64,000 nt of DNA from Oculina patagonica (taxonomy: Eukaryota): the NCBI RefSeq assembly GCF_052425735.1, contig NC_135763.1, positions 17,438,298 through 17,502,297 on the forward strand, given 5' to 3'. A program made the translations under genes and the position numbers. Numbering within the stretch: the first letter of the stretch is position 1; each line of letters opens with the position of its first letter. This document shows, one piece after another, positions 60,345 to 64,000 of this stretch. Under the pieces are notes generated by a model that was given only the letters and a program-made list of their open reading frames with translations, was not told where the DNA came from and did no database searches.

Positions 60345-60904
60345 AGCTGAGAGAAGAATGCTCACGTGAAATTCCTGCCAAATGAACACTCAACGGTGGA
60401 AAATAGCCATGGGATTTGTTTGTCAGTTTGTGGTAATGCGAATAATTTCGTACCTGAACGGGCAAGCTCGTAGTTGTTACGAAACAGGTCACTCTTGGTC
60501 AAATAAATCCCATACTTCAATCACCGACCTGCATCTGCGCGTTACATGCAGGCTGTTGTATGGATATCTTGAAAGGAAATTAAATTCTAATCGCTAAAAA
60601 AGCTGACGATCATATGGAGAGGTTTCAATCAAACGAGTGGTTCTTTTAGCAAACGGAGTTTATTCTGTTTTTCTCTGACTTGGCAAAAACAATAGAAACT
60701 TTTTGCAGTCATAGATGAAATGCAATCGCCTCGTGTAAATATGTAAAGGAATATTATTGTTTAGTTAAAAGAAGTGCAGTTATTTAACTCCGCCTGAAGC
60801 CATGTTTTTTATACAGTGTATGTGAATAGGTTTATTTGACACTATATAATCGTCCCTGAATCGTCTTACGTAACGTAACAGTTTGCTCAATAAAATACTG
60901 ACAG

Positions 60905-61125
60905 TAAAAACCCGCGAGTAGAAACCTAATAGGCCATTTTCGAGTTACCCTTTGCCTCTGTTTGAAAACGACTCTACGTGCGAAACCATTCATATGAAAA
61001 TAAGTTTCACCTACAAGTCTATTTTCATGCAAATTAAACTCATTTTCATTTGAATGGTTTTGCACATGGACTCGTTTTCAAACAGAGGCAAAGGGTAACT
61101 CGGAAATGGCCTATTTTTAGAACCT
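60905..61125. repeat. foldback/MITE-like hairpin: ~45-bp arms (AGGCCATTTTCGAGTTACCCTTTGCCTCTGTTTGAAAACGACTC) plus a nested inner palindrome
   Basis: 60921-60966 is the reverse complement of 61069-61117. Inside, CATATGAAAATAAGTTTCAC is mirrored by CATTTTCATTTGAATGG. Confidence 0.75.
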
Positions 61126-62453
61126 GTCAGACTAACATTTGCCAGTTAGACCACCTCAATATAAGAACCTCTTTAGCCTAAAATTTGGAAACAGTTTCTT
61201 ATTTTCTGAAATCGATTAAAAATGTAATAGGCATGGCAGTAAAAAAAAATGTTATATTCTGAATAAGGACTTTAAAATTTTCTTGATTAGACAGTGCTTC
61301 AGATTTAATATATTACAGTCATTTTTACATAAACACTTATTTGATATGCAAATTTCATATAAGGAAAAGGCTGACTTGCTAGAAAATTCTATTAGCAACA
61401 ATGGATTTTTTTTCAGAAAATAAGAACCTATTAAGAACCTAAGTAGCCTATTTTTGCTCTAAATAAACTTATTTTAGAACCTGTGTAGGCTAATTTTGAA
61501 AAATGTAGGTTATTAATCGCGGTTTCTTACTGCAGGCTTTTACAGTTATTGCCTGAAATTATCACTCAGCCGCTAAAAGGGCCATGCTTAGTACAAACTC
61601 AGGCTGTCCTCCCGTGATTGTCTGAAAGTGTTGTTTTGGAGGGGGATATTTAACAAATCGATTACCTTTTTCTATGGTCTGTACTTTTAGAGAAATTACG
61701 TCATAAATTGTTCAAATTTTCAAGTGGAATCGGAGCAAAATTTTAGAGATTTCATCGGGTGATCTCTATGGTACATAAAAAGTGTAGACCGTGATAAAAT
61801 GTGGTCGATTTATTTCTTGCATTAGTGTGAGATTGTGCAAGCGCGTGACAGCACAACTCTGCGGTTTTCGTTTATTGGAAAGGTTAGGATACCTTCCAAA
61901 GATTTTTCAAAGTTACCTTGCGCATGCGTTGCGTGAGTTCCCGTCATTTTTAGAGTCTACATTCTCATTGACAGAAATAAGCGAGAGAATTATCTCAGTT
62001 ATCGTAATTTAAAGGAAGTCGTATAAATCGTATAATTATAAACACCTACCACTCCGGCTCGCCATAATAAGAGGTGTATCAACTTTGATAGGAAGGGAGT
62101 ACAATTGGTGTATATTACGGTACAGAGCTGCATTACACACTAATGTAAAAGATTTAGAGAAAATAATATCATTTAAACAAAGAGTCTAGTAACACACAAA
62201 CATACCTAAAACAAAGAAGATCCCAGAGCAGGAAACAATACATGGGACCTTGAAGGAAAGGGCGGATTTATTTTTATACTGAATGAATTATGTAAATTAT
62301 TTAAGATAAAAGGGAAAGATATGGAGGAGTTGAATTAACTGTTCGATAGAAAATGCTACAATAATACTTTTTTAACATTTCTATAGCGTTTCAAATAGGA
62401 ATGTGTATAGGATATTTTTTTACAAACAAAAAGCAAACGTTAATGACTTCGTT

Positions 62454-62550
62454 GATAGCGATAATTATCAAGGCCTCAGTTTCTGTTATCCGCCTCAGCC
62501 TTCGGCTTCGGCAGATAACAGAAACTTTGGCCTTGATAATTATCGCTATC
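62454..62550. repeat. palindromic hairpin, family member 2, with loop core GCCTCAGCCTTCGGCTTCGGC (the reverse complement of the 14798-14818 loop)
   Basis: GATAGCGATAATTATCAAGGCC…TGTTATC | loop | AGATAACAGAAACTTTGGCCTTGATAATTATCGCTATC. Confidence 0.75.
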
Positions 62551-62751
62551 ATGCTCAACCTCATCCAATAATTGTTAAATAGTAATGAAAATAATCCAAA
62601 ACGCGGTTGAGTATTGAGCAACGGTAAACAAACATAAATGTATCCACAATGATTTACGCAATTCAGACTTACATAAGATTAGAATTTTAATTTAAAAAAT
62701 CTGTACGAGTCATAGGTAGTATTTCAAACAATGGAAGACTACTTTAGCGAG

Positions 62752-62875
62752 GGGGCGACTGAAGTTATTTGGGGGCGACCTGACTTTAGTGTTTGGGGCG
62801 ACGTAACTTCAGTTCTGGGGCGACGTGTCCTGAATTGGGGCGACGTAACTTGGAGCGACCGTGTAACGGGGTGAC
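62752..62875. repeat. minisatellite, ~6 units of a ~20-bp GGGGCGAC(GTAACTTCAGTTCT)-like motif
   Basis: ggggcgac recurs at ~20-bp spacing. Confidence 0.8.
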
Positions 62876-63484
62876 ACGATGTATTCATGGTTTTATTTTA
62901 TTTTTTTTTTGAAAAATGCAACGGGTCGATCGCAAGAAAGAAACCACAATACCGTGATCTGACTAATCCCAATATATTGACTTAAGTGTGCACCTTTGCA
63001 TTTCATTCACGATTTATTGAAGCGGTCACTAATTTTGCTCGAATCTGAAAAAATGACAAAATGACAACTGAAAGGTATAATGACGTACATTGGCCCTATG
63101 AAAGTAAGTTGTTTTTTTTTAACTTAGAGAACGTGAACGATAACAAATTTAATTAATCATGATTGATTATGAAAAGTTGAACGAGTCACCCGCAAGAATT
63201 CTGTTCAGCTCTTCAATTTCTGGTCCTTGGGACCATCAAATTGTGTTGGATTGCGAATATCTCTGGATGTTTAGCTTATAAAAAAAACTGCGCACTTTGA
63301 AAAAGCGTAAATTAATAAAAATCATTATACTCTAATTTCAAATTCTTTTCTTATCGTGTAAAAACTTCATTACATATTTCGTTGAAGTTTTGTCTCGCCT
63401 CGAATTGTAAATATCCAAGTCCATCTTTAAAGAAAATTAAAAAAGCGATAAAGTAGAGAGTAGCGTTGCCAATCAGAGAACAGC

Positions 63485-63590
63485 ATTCGTGATAGAACGC
63501 TAGTAGATTTATCTAATCTAATCTATTCTATTCTATTCTATTCTATTCTATTCAGTGAGACAGTCAGTCAGTCAGCCAGTCGATCAAAAA
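63485..63590. repeat. compound microsatellite (ATCTA)n / (TTCTA)n / (CAGT)n
   Basis: Read directly. Confidence 0.9.
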
Positions 63591-64000
63591 GTGCATTCTA
63601 ATTTTGAAATTCTTTTGGAGAACAGAAGGTAGCTTTTGTAACGATTTAAATTACACAGAAAAATCTCTTTTGTTGCCTGTTGTTCAAAGGATAGTTATGT
63701 CCCTTATACCAATGAGTTTTGCTTCGAGCTTTCTGTAAGAAAAGAATCTACGGGGTCGAGATAAACCATAAGGAACGAGTAGTCATATTGTAATAATCTC
63801 TTTGATAAAAGAAATAACCGTTTCCATGGTCCGCCAGAATCGGAGATATATGAGCTTTAAAGGAGTTTACTTTATGGCAAGAAACGTACTGCATCCAGCG
63901 TTTTTTGCTATAGTTTTGCTGCAAGCTAGGTGTAAAGGGGGGGGGGGGGGGGGATTTTTTGGCGAATGCTATATTTCGTTCTCCAATTATCTTTTTTTTA

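Overview
This is eukaryotic, metazoan-type genomic DNA: AT-rich, with GT-AG introns, Pol II genes, MITEs and microsatellites. My guess is a marine invertebrate, possibly a cnidarian; that guess is inference only. I built four gene models by hand from reading-frame continuity plus GT/AG splice sites, and all four are phase-consistent. (1) A ZC4H2 (zinc finger C4H2) ortholog of 4 coding exons on the + strand, 7320-13160; this is high confidence from the near-identical C-terminal Cys-box and [16 protein letters not shown] motifs. (2) A ~31-kb, 29-exon NWD1/NWD2-like STAND gene on the + strand, 16435-47420. It has an N-terminal MGNGNT motif, a DUF4062-like motif (IFLSSTFTDMTIERDLL), a NACHT P-loop (GISGCGKTS) and a long WD40 region. 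(3) A 5-exon minus-strand gene, 51719-53494, of unknown function. Its 3' part, from mid-first-exon to the 3'UTR, is tandemly duplicated as a 1.88-kb unit across 49640-53376. (4) The 3' exons of another unknown + strand gene, 58139-60344. There is also one canonical tRNA-Lys(UUU) at 6760-6832 followed by a T-run terminator. The most unusual locus sits in the last intron of the NWD-like gene. Two ~650-bp inverted copies of one repeat (38460-39135 and 46041-46712) bracket ~6.9 kb that carries, antisense to the host gene, a multi-exon gene for a putative DDE/D-type transposase-like protein. That protein has an unusual Cys/His cluster and a C2H2/BED-like finger, and the gene is interrupted by one in-frame TGA and one frameshift. 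The left copy abuts a 600-bp foldback hairpin element (37915-38522). The rest of the window is TE and repeat rich. It includes a retroelement RT relic (1900-3470), at least five MITE-like TIR elements (one with a TAA TSD that looks PIF/Harbinger-like, one with a 7-bp TSD), a two-member hairpin family sharing a 21-bp loop, a 728-bp tandem repeat, two tRNA-derived pseudo-tRNA/SINE-like sequences inside NWD introns, and many microsatellites. No prokaryotic-type systems (CRISPR, operons) are present.
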